64,000 nt of DNA. Source: the human T2T-CHM13v2.0 reference genome, Homo sapiens. The translations under genes were made by a program, and so were the position numbers. Below, piece after piece: positions 1 through 14,808 of the stretch (its first letter is position 1; each line of letters starts with the position of its first letter). The DNA lies in assembly GCF_009914755.1 (NCBI RefSeq), contig NC_060942.1; one strand, 5' to 3'. A model generated the notes under the pieces. The model was not told where the DNA came from, ran no database searches, and saw only the letters and a program-made list of their open reading frames with translations.

Positions 1-11
1 TAGGCAACATG

Positions 12-97
12 GCCTGGTCACACAACCTGTAAGTGACAGGGTTGAAATTGGAGGCCAGATCTGCCTTACTCCAAGCCTGGGTTCCTAATTATGCTAT
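12..97 (-). mobile_element. MIR SINE fragment
   Basis: Matches reverse complement of the MIR 5' half (ggtcacacaacctgtaagtgacagggttgaaattg...ctccaagcc). Confidence 0.6.
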
Positions 98-554
98 ATG
101 TACAACCTCTTTAGTCCCAGGACTGACACTTGGAAATGTTTCCAGTCTGCCTCCCTTCTCCATCCCTGCTACAACCTACCTTCGTTCAGACCTCTAAATG
201 GCTCATCCTCACCATTTTTATGGCTTCCTAATTTACTTTTCTGCCTCCAATCTTGTTTCCTATTCCATCAAGTGCAGATATTTAAAATATATATGTATTT
301 TCTATCCTATTAATATAATTTCTTGGCTCCCATCACCTCTAAGTCAAGTTCAAATTCTTTTGCAAAGTACTACAGGCCCCACTTCACTTCTTCAGGACTT
401 TATCTTCCCATCATGACCCAGTCACATACCAAATGTCTACATGTTCCTGGACAGGCCCTCATCTTCACACCTTACTCTCCACCTATGGGTACAACTCAGA
501 AGATCCCTTTGTAAGACATTGCTGTCTCCTCCTTTAGCCCATTTGTTTACGTGT

Positions 555-690
555 TTGTCTTTCCATCCCGGCTGTGAACTCCTAGAAGGCAGGAGGCTTG
601 CCTTGTTCATCTTTATCATTTCCCCAGGATCTGGCCGAAAGTGAGTGCTGAATGTGTTAATCGCCAACTCACTCACTGCCTGAGTGAACA
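555..690 (+). mobile_element. L2 LINE 3' end fragment
   Basis: ctgtgaactcctagaaggcagg...cttgttcatctttatc resembles the L2 3' terminus. Confidence 0.55.
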
Positions 691-1097
691 GAATCTCAAA
701 ACTGGAGGAAAAAACGATCAAACATCATTGAGTTTTTGACAACTAAATATACATACATAGGGTCTCTGTGTAAGTCATCTCATCTTCACAATCTCCATGC
801 TATAGCTTTATATCTTCTATTAATCTTTGTGATAATCCCCAAGAAAATAGATTTTTTAAATTACACTCTAGCTATACACATTTTCTTGACATTGTAATCT
901 AGGTTTATTCCACCCAAAAGTATTTTCCTCAGTAAAGATTTACTATTATTGTTAGTAGTATCTGATCCTAGAATGTCTTCCTTTTTTTTTTTTTTTAAAG
1001 CCCAGATGCAATTTTCTTGAGTAACTGAAAATTCTGGTTGACCACAAGTGTCCTTATTTGTTTAATTTAAGAGCTTGTGCCTATATTTATACACATC

Positions 1098-1215
1098 CTG
1101 GATTTAGGATAGATGCTAAATCCACTGACAGTGTCTTTGTGAGAGACAGAAAAGGACACGGAAAAGGCTGAGAAATAAAGACGGGGGCAGAGATCGGACC
1201 AATGCACCTATAAAT
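1098..1215 (+). mobile_element. Isolated internal fragment of an MLT1C-like MaLR LTR
   Basis: tggatttaggat...ctaaatcc...gtgtctttgtgagagaca...ggcagagat resembles the MLT1 core; no LTR termini. Confidence 0.65.
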
Positions 1216-1544
1216 AAGTGACCAACAAATTAAAGTGGATGTGCCTTAGAAGTCCTAGACAGTACATTTTGCATGGCAAATGCTCTCATGTTAACCTGCT
1301 GGAGTCTGCGATGTCCTCCTGCCTCCACATGTGAAATGAAACTTATCTAAATTCTGCCCACCCTTCAGATTTTATATTGATTTCCTCCTCCTCTTTGATG
1401 CCTTCTCTGGCTCTCTAAGCCAAGCACACAGCGACCTCCTCTCCCCCTGAACTTCCATGGCATTTGCTTTCTGTGCCATTTGGCCTCATGAAGGTCACAG
1501 GTAGCAAATCACAGCAGAGAGGACACTGCCATGGGAGGCAAAAA

Positions 1545-1710
1545 AACCCCAAGAGTCCAAACCTGGGCCATACCCCTGCCATCACACAAATGCATCATGG
1601 GGCCCTGGGTGGTGGATTCACTTCTCTGCACCCTTGCTTCCTTACTGCAAAGTGAGGGAGTTAGACTACTTGGATTTCATGGCCTCTAAGCTTCCAACTC
1701 TAAAATTTGA
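1545..1710 (+). mobile_element. MIR3-like SINE
   Basis: Core plus CR1-derived tail gagggagttagacta...ctctaagcttccaactctaaaatt. Confidence 0.55.
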
Positions 1711-2439
1711 TAAAAATGATAAATATCTTGATAACATTTGAAAGCTCCCCAGTGGGGTGGAGGGAGGAGTGGAAAAGTATAGAACTTTGGGCCACATTCA
1801 AACCATTTATAGTTGAAAACAGTGACTACTGTGTTCCTCTTCCTTTGCCAAAGGACCACATGATGGCATCCTCAAACTTAACATGAAACCAAGAGATACC
1901 CCAGCAGGACCAGGGACGCCATCCTTGAGCCTGAGGCCACAGGCTTATTAACTAACCTGTGAAATGTTCATCATGATAAAGTTGGGTGATTGCAATTGTA
2001 TACACAGAATTACACACAGAGGAAAACCACTTAAACATTCCATTCTGTCATAATCAACCCATATGAATTCAGATTAGCCACTGAATATCCCCCAGAATGT
2101 AAAAAATAGATGCTAAAATTTGATTCCTCTAAGGATGAGCTTTAAACTCCAAGCAATTTGGCAAGAGAAAGGGAGACTTGGAGAACCAGCACTTTTCTTA
2201 CTGTGTTACACAATTTCATATCTTCTGAAATAATTTATAAAGACATGTTAAAATTGGAACAAAATAGTCATTTAGTATAAAAGATAAATATAGCAGAAAT
2301 TTAGGCTAAAGAGCTTCTACAGTTAAACACTACATTTAGGGCTCATTTTCCTGGCAGCTAAGCCCAAAGAGGGAGATAAGATAAGTTCATGCTTACACAG
2401 GTTTGTATGGGGGGTAAGAAACTTACTAAAGGGATGTTC

Positions 2440-3400
2440 ACCAGTCAGAATCTTAAACAGAAATAGAAGGCACACTAAAATTAGGGTAATTTAAAGAAGG
2501 GTTGTTTACAAGGGAACTAAAGTACAAATATGTGGGCAGGGTGTTGGGAACCATGGCGGCAGGTGCAGGAACTCAGGGCTGACCACAGCGGAGCTGGGTG
2601 GGTTGAACAGTGTCTCCCCATTCACATATACCCAGGAACCTCAGAATGTGGTCTTATTTGGGAATAGCGTCTTTGAAGATGTAAATAAGAATTGGGATGA
2701 GATAATTATTGGATTAGGATGGACCCTAAATCAATAACAGTGTCTTTGTGAGAGACAAAGAAAGGACACAGAGACATGGAGAAGGTGGTCACGTAAAGAT
2801 GGAGGCAGAGATTGGAGTGACACATCTGCAAGCAAAGAAATGCCAAGGATTGTCACAACCATGGCAAGCTAGGACAGAGGCATGGACCAGTTTCTCCCTC
2901 TGGAGCCTCCAGAAGGAACCAACCCTGAGGATACCTAGGTTTCAGATTTGTGGTCTCCTGGCCTGTAAGAGAGAGCAGGCTTTTGTTATTTTAAGTCACT
3001 CAGTTTGTGGCCATTTGTTATAGAAGCCCAAGAAAACTAAGACACCACTTCACTTGCTAAAGGAATGAAGGGAGGGAGAGGTAACCAACCCCAGCAGAAG
3101 AAAACACTGTGCTGGGCAGACCACTTTCAGTTGAGCAAAGACCTTCGGTCAAAGGATAGAGCCCATCTGTAAGAACCTTGTAAAAATGGAGCCTGATATA
3201 CCTGTGCCCCAACCTCAATCTCTTTCCTTCCTCTCTCCAGTCTCCACCTATGGGTCCCTCACTGGCTACTCCCAACAGGAAGCCAGGGGCAGGGGAGCCC
3301 TACTGACATGGTGCACCCAGACCAGCCTCCTGGGGTGGAGAGGAGCAGATAGAAGAGTGGAAAGTGTGTTTCTATCTGGATGGAGCAAACAAAAGATTAA
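2440..3400 (-). mobile_element. Ancient ERVL-class LTR (LTR67B/LTR79-like), interrupted by MLT1C
   Basis: ccagtcag...ggcacactaaaattagggtaattt and cccaacaggaagccaggggcaggggagccc...ggagcaaac resemble remembered consensus; split by the 2595-3044 element. Confidence 0.5.
2595..3044 (+). mobile_element. MLT1C-like solo LTR (ERVL-MaLR)
   Basis: TG start (tgggtgggttgaa), ggaacctcagaatgtg, gagcctccagaaggaacc and canonical end gaaaactaagaca. Confidence 0.85.
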
Positions 3401-3509
3401 ATTTACAACTATCACCTCTGGGACAATAAAACTGGAAAGTATCAACCTAAATTTTTGCTTCCCATAAAGTGACTATTAGTCTCCCCAGATATAGAAGATG
3501 TTGAAGTCC

Positions 3510-4200
3510 CATTCTCTGTCCTGTACTGGGTCTTCTTTTCCTCCAATCTTAAGCCTCTCTTTCAGCCCCTCTACTCTTTCCTTCTGTCTCCATGCTCAGC
3601 CTTCATGGTGGCATTTACTGTAAGTGCCAGTTCCCACATCTACTGTAGCCTAACCTCTTACTCCAGCCCAAGTCCCATTTTCCAATGACCCCTGGAAATA
3701 TTCACCAAGATACCTCACACTGTTCAAAGTCAAAACATCTGAAAATCAACCATATCTTCTTTCCAAAACCAACATCCTCCTTGCAATTGCTCATCTCATT
3801 CCCCTAAACCATCCAGGATTCAGCCCTCCAATTCATTCACTCTACCAAAGATCAAGCCCTGTCAGTTTTAACATGCTGCTTCTCACCTATGTCTCTCCAT
3901 TTCTACAACTGCCACTACCTGTGTCGAGGTCACATCCCATCCATGCCCAGAATAATGGCAAATAAGCTCTGAGCTGGTGGTCTCACTGGAGCTTCCCAGC
4001 TCTCCCAACTTTGCCATAGCCAAGGCAATATGACCTTCCTCATGCCATGCCCAGGGTGACATTGTTCAATGATTCCTTCTGCCTCATGTTCTTCCTTGTC
4101 AGATCCGCCACCCTCTGTCTGGCTTCTGAGGATCTTCAGCTTCTGACTCTGTACTTGTCCAACCCACTTCCAGAAAGTGTTGATGAGAATTGTGCTGTGG
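3510..4200 (+). mobile_element. Degraded L2 LINE fragment
   Basis: Pyrimidine-rich sequence with L2 hallmarks (tccaatgacccctggaaatattcacc, tcaaaacatctgaaaatcaac, actgccactacct). Confidence 0.5.
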
Positions 4201-4466
4201 CTGTTTCCTTTGCTGTCCCCATCCTCATGCTGTGCTTATGCCTGTCCCTTTGTCACATGAGAGTAGTTACCTAAATCTCAGGTACCAGGGTCCACCATGA
4301 AACCAAATGAACTGAAAGCATTTGTTAAAAATCTCACCTTCTAACAATATATGCAGTCAACATTTCCTTTGTGATTAACAGTAAGTATATACCTGATCAT
4401 AAACCTTTACATCTTTCCCTGTATCCTTATTTTCAAGATTAATTTGCAAGCAGTGTGTTATGTTAA

Positions 4467-4786
<320 letters not shown>

Positions 4787-4814
4787 GTTAATTAGTACTT
4801 CTCTTGGACAAAGA

Positions 4815-5484
<670 letters not shown>

Positions 5485-5913
5485 TCTTAATATAAACAAT
5501 GAACGGCAAGGTCATGCAACTTATATTCAAGGCCAATAAGTGAGTGCAGTTTTTAATAGTATGCAGCCCACAGATAAGCAGTTTGTTGCTGGGTTGCATT
5601 CTATGGTCCCTATTCTCATTTACCTTGTCTTCTTAAAGGCAACATTTTTACTTAATCATGCTGGTTCTGAGAGCAAGCAGAAATAAGCTTTGAGACTACA
5701 GTTTTTCTTAATAACCAAACCTGGAATCAGTGCTTCTGTGGTCCTCAAACTCTAATGTCCTCGACAGACAGACTGAGAAACTGGCCACAGAAGGCAGTGG
5801 CTGCCACAATATTTCCCTATTTATCAACATTGGTAGTTAACTCCTGGGCATTGCCTAACAAAGTCAAAAGCTAACAAAAGGTCTATGTAAAAATGCAGAT
5901 ATGAATAAAAATC

Positions 5914-5952
5914 ATATATATACACATAAATATATATATATACACACACACA
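5914..5952. repeat. (TA)n/(CA)n compound microsatellite
   Basis: atatatatacacataaatatatatatatacacacacaca seen directly. Confidence 0.85.
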
Positions 5953-7027
5953 GTAGCTACAATGGATAGCAATCTAGTCTGATCAAGAATTTTAATGATA
6001 CTATCTATAAACTGCTATCATTTAACCACAAAACAAAATCCTGGAAATTATATTTTTATTCTGATTGTTGTGCATTCATAGATGCATGATAAATACTAGG
6101 AAAATGTTCATATTGCTATTTTGAATGTAATACAAGGGGATAAAAAAGGAAAAACAAGAAACTTGGTCCTTAACCAGAAACCCTCAGGGGCACACACTGA
6201 AACACAAATTTTGGCCACATTTTGAATCTAGCACATGTCTTAAGTTGACAGCAGCACACCACATAAAAGAAGAACTTCAGTGCCCAGTGGAAACAAGCCA
6301 TCTTCATACAGGAGGGAACTGGAAAACAACTATTTCATGTGCGCCCTGCACTGACCTTGAAATCCAGAGGGCTTCTTCCCTCTAAAAAGTATTTTTAGAT
6401 CGGGCTGATTTACTAAATTACTAAATTACTCATTATTAATGAGCTGGGTGAGAAAAGGAATAACTATTTAAGCGACCCAACATGTTTTCGAAGCGATGTC
6501 ATGGGGATGGTCTAAGGGGAAGGCCAGGGAGGGGAGTGGCTGTGCACATTTTGTTGTACAAGGACACCAGGCTGCCAGAGGCGAGAAGCCAGCCAAAAAA
6601 ACATCACGGAACCCAAACACCAAGCTGCACTGGTGCTGGGAGTTCAAATTGTGAAATGTGAGCTATCATCATGGCAGATCCAAATACCGCCAACACTGGG
6701 AAGGCCAGCTGCAAAGAGGAGGAAACATCTTTTCCTTTGATTGTGAGAGACAAATCTATCTGGGTATCTATTTTTCCTGCAAGTCCATTGATCCTTGCTG
6801 CTGTGTGAATGGCAGAGGATGCTGGGGCCATTAGCCATATTTCACTGTGTGCATGAGTTCTGACAGAGGGAGCAGGGTGCTATGTTTATTAGGATTTAAT
6901 GATATTTGCAGTTCAGAATTCTGCCACCTCTACTGTTGTTATGGTAGCTCATTAACTGAGACATTATCAATTGTAAGATGCACCATTAGTCTTTATAATA
7001 TGAATAATTTTTAAGTTGCAAATTGAA

Positions 7028-7381
<354 letters not shown>

Positions 7382-8096
7382 TAAAATACATTTTTTCCTG
7401 ATTATTGTATATTGCATGCATGCATAAAGAAACATAGACTAGTTAAGATGGTCTTAAAATGTCTTTGCATATGGATTCTGATTCTCCTGAATCTCTCTTA
7501 CTGTCATCAGCTCCTGAGCTTTATCACAAAACACTGTCCTTTATACCATCAGGAGCATCGGTGGTGAGAGCTACCAGTCATTAGTACCAGCCCCATTCAG
7601 CTGGCTCTGGAAGGACCTAGAGCCTATGTCTGACCCCTGCTCTGAGAATACTGCTGAAGACAAGGGATTCACCACTCCCTACCAGAGTCCTGTGTCTTCA
7701 GGACTTTCTTTCCAGCAGCTGAAACCCTGACTTCGTTTTTATGCTGCTATGTTTGCTGTTTGTGCACTTGCAAGTACTGGCAACTATACCCTAACTGGTG
7801 CCTAACTAACTGCCAATAAAAACACATTCCAACTTCAGAGATACAAAGATACAGAAGACAGAGAAGTTCAAGACGAGCAGTGGAGCACTGATGATGGCAC
7901 TAATTGATGGCATTTAATCAGAATGATAACGATTATGTTCTAGTTCTAGAGAACTTGACATATTCAGAGCTCCTGAAAGGCCCTTGCCCACATCACACTT
8001 TAGAACCTCTTGCTCCATCATCAGTGAACACCAGCCTTGAAGAGATCCATTTACAGTTGGGCTGAGCCAATCAAATTTGCTTAGGAGGTTTGAAAG

Positions 8097-8352
8097 TTAT
8101 TTTATGGATACACAGCAGATGTACATATTTTCTTACATTCATATAATGTGTAAAGATTAAATCTGGGTAAGTGGGATATCCATCACCTTAAACATTTATC
8201 TTTCCACGAGGAACATTCAAATTATTCTGTTCTAGCTTCTTTGAAATGTACAATCGATTATTGCTAATTATAGTCACCCTGCTGATCTGTCAAACATTAG
8301 GTCTTATTTCTTCTAACTGCATATTTGTAACCATTAACCAACCTCTCTTCAT
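8097..8352 (-). mobile_element. L1MA-type 3' UTR fragment
   Basis: gggatatccatcaccttaaacatttatc...ttctagc...tatagtcaccctgctg matches the reverse of the L1MA 3' end. Confidence 0.75.
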
Positions 8353-8705
8353 AAGAGATTGATGTCATCAGCAGGCTGTTGTGAGCACAACTCTACCCAC
8401 TCTATAGCTGATGTAGCCATTTGGGGGAATCCATGTAAGTTGAAAAGCACAGGAACATGATCAAAAAGAGGCAAAATGGAACAGACTCGGAATCCATCGA
8501 GAGACAGAACAGGCATTTCATGAGACGGAGAAAATGACCTTAGCCCTTGATTTCCATTTCTTGTTCACATGAGGCTCATGTATCCTTCATTTTTTGTTTT
8601 TGGGCTTAATAGTTCCTCTGTAGCCATGATAAATCTTCTTTTTCACCTGAGGTAGTTTACACAAGTTTCTACTTCCAGCAATCGTTAAGAGCTACAGTAG
8701 CGGTG

Positions 8706-9088
8706 TGATATGGAAGGAAGGCAGGAAGGGAAGTGCTGGGAAAGGTGTGGTCCCTTTAAATGATACCAAAGAAGCGAAGTGCTGGGTAGAGAAGGGTGTG
8801 GTCCCTGGCTAGGGCTCCACCCCTGGGCCTGTGCCCAGGGTCTAATTGAGCTGGTTAACACAAGCCACCTATAGATGGCAAAACTGAAAGAGCACATGAT
8901 AGCACATGCCCACTGGGGCTTCAGGAGCTGTAAACATCTACCCCTAGACACAGCCGTGGGGTTGGAGCCCCACAACCTGCCCATCTGTATGCTCCCCTCA
9001 AGGTTTGAGCAGTGGGGCACTGAAGCAAAGAGCAACAGTGCCTGCTGCATGCCCTGCAAGGGGGTACAAGGGAACCTTTCTAATTTCA
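8706..9088 (+). mobile_element. ERV1-class solo LTR, LTR1/LTR27/LTR28 group, internally deleted
   Basis: tgata...gggaagtgctgggaaaggtgtggtccctttaaatgatac start, cccctagacacagccgtgggg, and end gggaacctttctaatttca. Confidence 0.65.
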
Positions 9089-9465
9089 GCAGGAGTTAGA
9101 AACCCCACTGCCCTCAACTCATCCATTAGAGGAACAGAATTAAAGAATGTGCTGGCCACGTGCCATTCCCTGTATGACAGACAGAGAGGCACGAAGTGCT
9201 GAGCGCCTTCCTGTGGTGCTGGCAGGCCCAGGGCAGGAAAGACCCCATAGTGGGGAGTCTCCACTCTCAGGGACTTTCTCAGGGTCCTGCTCTTAGAAAC
9301 AGCACACTGTCTGCTAGATGACATGGAGCTGGCTGGCTGTTGATGAGGAAAAGGGTATTATTGAGAGATGTGTTTAGGGAACAAATCCCGGGTAAGACAA
9401 AGAGCAGGCCCACGGCTCTCACTGGAGGGTGAAGATGTGGGAACATCAGCACCCCTTTCCTCTTA

Positions 9466-9930
<465 letters not shown>

Positions 9931-10899
9931 TCAAGAAAGGGCACAGGTGCAGGTGTTGGGAAGAATTAGCGGGAAAGTAATCCAGGCCCCAAAGGAAGGA
10001 CAAGTCCAGGTACTGAGGTGTCTCTCTTGTCTGGCTGTCCAGGAAAGGACGCTTTTCAACTGTATACTTCCTTTGTGGCAATTTCTCAGGCTGCTCAGGC
10101 CTAACTTCAGTGTGGAACTTCCGACACCACAGTCAGGTAAGTCTGGAGGCAGGTGGCAGGACAGGTGGCCAGCTCCTAGTTCCATCAAGGAAGACAGGGG
10201 TGATCTGCTGGGTGGGAACTTTTGGTGGCAGAGATAGCCCATGAATCTCGAGGTGACAGAGAAGATAGCTTCTGGCTATCCTGAAAATTAGCAATGGCTA
10301 CACTTTAGAGAAAACGGGGACGGGCCTGGCAATGGTAACATTAGAGGGCTTATCTCAAGTAGTGCTTTGTACCTCATATTAGAGACATGGAAATGGGGGC
10401 TCAGTGCTGGAGTTCAGACTCATGTCTGACTGGCTCCAAGCCTGTGCTCCTTCTGTTATGCCCGGCTGTCTCCCAGGAAGCAGGGGGAGAGAAGACCCCC
10501 TATGCCACACTTGGGCCATCACGGGCTAGCTACTGGAGGAACAGGGGACTTGCACAGCTCTGCTGATATGCAGTTCAGCCTGCAGGGACCCCAGTAGCCA
10601 CAACGAGAACAGCAGTATCATCACCATCTTGCATGGGGCCGTGGCTTTATTATCCTTTCCAATGAACCCTCATATACACCACACCATATGCCTATCGCAA
10701 ATTTGTAAAGTCAGTTCATAAGCCCTTCAAGGGAGGGACCAATTCTGCATCTTTTACATAGCAACATTTAGATTACAAAGCCTCATCCCAAACAGTTACG
10801 GATCCCATATTACCGATACGAAAATTGAGGCTCAAAGATGCTGGACCTGAATCTTTTACCGTATCCAATACACTGATGCTAAATCAGTGGCGTTTAATA

Positions 10900-11000
10900 A
10901 GTGCTGACTGCCATGCCTGGACTCTTGGTAGCGCCCCTGACACGGCTCCTCCATCCGCACGTGGCCCTCCCAGTGAGTCATTTTGAGAGCGGCTGTCACT
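10900..11000. promoter_or_regulatory. Candidate enhancer: E-box CACGTG (10958-10963) plus AP-1 TGAGTCA (10974-10980)
   Basis: Exact motifs in non-repeat, locally CpG-retaining sequence; function is inferred only. Confidence 0.3.
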
Positions 11001-12344
11001 CTGCTTTAATCTGGCACTTTGTTTTCCTGCAGTTCAGCCTTCCATGCAGCCAACACCAGCAATCTCACAAGCTAGTCTGACTTGGAAAGCCACCCTGACA
11101 TTTTCGGCTGGCTCAGACTCCGAGGTTGGAGCCCTGTGCGTGTGAGGGTAGCTGCTGGCGGGGTGTTTGTTTTCTATGGAATACAGACTTCCTTTGGGGA
11201 ATTTAGGCATGCTTTCCTGTTTTTTTTTTTTTTCTTTCCTTTCCTTGAAAAAAAAAAAAAAAAGGAGGCTACAATTCTAATCTAAGCGGCATCTGCTGAC
11301 TTTAAAGAGCAAACACTTCATCCTTGCCCCAGAGTACCCTTTGCCACGACACAGAATGCCTTTCCAATCACTAAAACATCAAGGAGAAGTCATCAGTTTC
11401 AGCAGACACATTTTAAGTTTTTTTTTGGCCACAATTCCTTAGGTTTTTCAGTGGTCATCAATAAACCTCTATAATTCCGATTTCTGAGTTTCCTGATCCT
11501 AGCTCACTTTACGCCTAGAATTACAATAACCCAAGGGGCCAGGTTCCGACACACATGGTTTTACTTTTATGTTTGCAAAGCTGAGAAGCAGGGAGCTCTG
11601 ATGTTTATTTTACTTTTTAAATTTATGCATGTTTAGCTATCTCCAAAGATGATATAAGGATATGTAAAGTAATACATAAAACACAAGGGAACAGAAGTAA
11701 GAAGTGCAGAGGTGCAACAACAAGAAGGGTAGGAAGAAAGAGGAGAACTAGAATGAGGCCCAGAGTAGAAAATGTACACGGTTGCAACCTACACGTTCTT
11801 TGCGCTGAGCCACACATCTGTCTGTAAAGTTTGCTAGCTGGCATTGTAGCTACACAAATAACAGTCATGTTTTATTTGAAGAGCAATTGTTCAGGCATAA
11901 ACACAATGAGTCTTAAAAATAGCATCTATTTATTAAATGCCTACTATGTGCCAGGCATGTACTAAGCACTGTCTCTACACCCAGGAGGGGGGCCACTTCT
12001 CCTAAGCATGGCCTTGAGCTGCAATGTGTCCATAAATGGTATCATTTCCAAATCTGGGTTGAGATTCTCCTCTGCTCATGTCTTCTCAGAGTTACTATGT
12101 TCCAAGTTTCTGAGACCTGAAACGCACGATATTTTGAGTCTATCTTTGAGCAGCAGTTCACCTGGATTGTCACAAGTCCAAAGTAATCCTTAAGTTTGAT
12201 GAAAATTAATTAAATAGTAAGAAAAATTATTTTGGGGCAATAAACACTACCTTAAAAGCTCTGCTGGCTCTATGTTGCTCCCCTCTAACTCTCATAAAGT
12301 CATCTTTAGAGATAGGCAGGGGAGGAGGCAGCAGAGGAGACAGG

Positions 12345-12556
12345 CTGAGGTGTCAGGCTACCTTGGTTCATTTCCTGCCTCTGCCACTTTCCAGCTATGA
12401 CTTCAAGAAGTTAATCTCCCCGAACCTCAGTTTTCTTATCTGCAAAATGGGCATAGTAAGAGGATCTACTTTACAGGTTTGAGGAGAGGACAAAAGGGGT
12501 AATCCAAGTAAAGCTGAAGAACTGTGCTTGCCCTATTTTGATGCTCAAGCAACATT
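12345..12556 (+). mobile_element. MIR SINE
   Basis: ctctgccactttccagctatgac...cctcagttttcttatctgcaaaatgggcatagtaa MIR core. Confidence 0.8.
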
Positions 12557-12561
12557 TGTGC

Positions 12562-12838
12562 TTTTACTTTTATTTTTTTGAGATGGAGTCTCACTCTGTC
12601 GCCAGGCTGGAGTGCAGTGGTGCGATCTCTGCTCACTGAAACCTCTGCCTCCTGGGTTCAAGCGATTCTTTTGCTCCAGCCTCCTGAATAACTGGGATTG
12701 CATGCATGTCCCACCACGCCCAGCTAACTTTTGTATTTTTAGTAGAGATGGGGTCTTGCCATGTTGGCCAGTCTGGTCTCAAACTCCTGACCTCAAGTGA
12801 TCCACCCGCCTCAGCCTCCCAAAGTGCTGGGATTACAG
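12562..12838 (-). mobile_element. Alu (AluS), missing about 20 nt at its 5' end
   Basis: Reverse Alu ends at gggattacag and runs directly into a T-run (12839-12853). Confidence 0.92.
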
Positions 12839-14808
12839 TTTTTTTTTTTTTTTCTTATCAACTCTGGAGAGCAAAGTTGTCCTTATACATAGATACCATG
12901 ATGCCAAGGAAAGGGGACAAGGACACAGACTTTCCTCTTCAAAAAGACCTCTACTTTTTCTTCCTTGCTAGGAATGCAAGTATCTGCAACTTTTCATTAA
13001 GGCTGGGGGATAAGAAAGAGCCAGTGAAAATGAGAAGGGCCAGCAAATATGTCAAGTGGCCGATAGTAGCTGCCAGTGTTTGTTGTTGCAACAGGACCTC
13101 GTGGATGGACGTGAGTCATTAACATTCCACTGATAGGGGCAAAACAATCTGTGCTGAAAAGGAAAGTCCAGGGGGTCACTGCAGTTTATCTTTGTTTACC
13201 TCCTGTTATGACTCATCTTCAGGGTCTGTTTCTCTTCTTAGGAGATGATTTGGCTCATTACCACGGACCTTCCTGGCTTGCTAACTAAGTTTCTATTTAA
13301 TTGGTTTTTACAACATGACCTAGTTCCTGAGACTTCAGACTCTTGGAAGGCAGAATGTGGCAGGAGTGTAAGATCACCTGCACAGCGGCCAGAACATCAC
13401 AGCAAACACACAACACACAGGTGAGTGTCTGCAAGCTGTCCACACCACTCTCTGCCAGGATAGATAGAGCCTTTGTCCAAATTCAACTTTCCACTCAGCT
13501 CTTCCTTGGAAAACACCGGGTAACCTTTCTTATCACTATCTCCAGTTCAGGTTATCTTAAAATAAACCAAATACTGATTAAGCTCCCCAGGGCCAGCCAG
13601 ATCACTTGTATATCACTTCTTCTTCCTTGCAGTTTCCCTTAAACCACACAATATAGAAGCATGGAAGCTAAGAGTGCACACTTCTTAGTGTGGCACAGCA
13701 GGTGGGACAGGTCATTGGAGGTGGAATTCTGGTACTACACAAGTTATTTTTGACTTCTGTGCTTCTATTTTCTCATTTTTGAAAAATGGGTGTAGACAAC
13801 ATTGCTAAAGCCCTTTTGAGAAAAAGAAGCTAAGAACAGGGCATCAAACTGGCTTTTATTGATTCACCCATGAACAAGTTGTGCCTTTACACTGTTGTTA
13901 TTTGTAAGGAGTCCTGGGTATTTGGCATTCCTGGAATATTCTATTTAGCTACCTTGGGGTCCAAGTTCCCTTTAACTGGGGGAGAAGAACTTTTCACCTG
14001 TTTCTATGCATGCTCACAAGGATAAGCCTCCATGATGGCAATTTTGGCTCTGTTTCAGATAAAAATTCATTTAGTAACATATAAAGGATATCAAGTCATG
14101 AAGGCACTACATAAATGTAAGTACAGCTTAAGCCAGAGCTCACTGACTCTCCATCTCATTTTCATCTGCCAGCATCATTGGACCCGAAGTCATATGGAAG
14201 CCACATTTTAAGCCTAAGGGTGTCTAAATTGATTTGACAAAGCCATCAGTCAGTTCTATCCCTTTCTTCCTAGACTCATTTATAAGCACCACTTAAAACC
14301 AGATGCCACTAGCAGTGAGGACACAAAGCAGCAAGTTTTCAGAGCACCGAGTTTCTCCACTGGCCATTAGCAGTTAGGCTGGAAGGGGGTTCAGAGCCAC
14401 AACTACTGAAAGTCTCACTCCTTGAGTTTGGAAGAGATAATGAACATTTTCCTGAACATTCAACAAACATGGTCAAGGGGGCTGGGGATTCCCAAGATCA
14501 AAAGAGGGATCTGTCACAAGATCATTATGTCCAGAATTGTTGGGCACAGGGGTGTGCTGTCTCCTATGTCACTGTCCGTGGTTCTGAACCCAGCTGGGCA
14601 ATTCTCTGGGAAGTTGGGGGCGGAGGAAACTTGCACCCATTCCTAGGCCCTTGGTGAGTGTCCTGAGAAAGAAGGAGATGATACATTGTGGACTGGGGCA
14701 TAAAACAGTGTTAATCAACACTTTGTTTCCACCCCCATAGCAGGCACAGTATTCAGTCAGTTTTTACACACATTTTGATGTTAAAGTAATGATTAAGAGA
14801 ACAAAGCT

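Noticed and set aside
8040-8690. Possible very old MLT1-type LTR here and at about 58880-59240
   Set aside because: Only scattered motifs; cannot be assigned without an HMM search.
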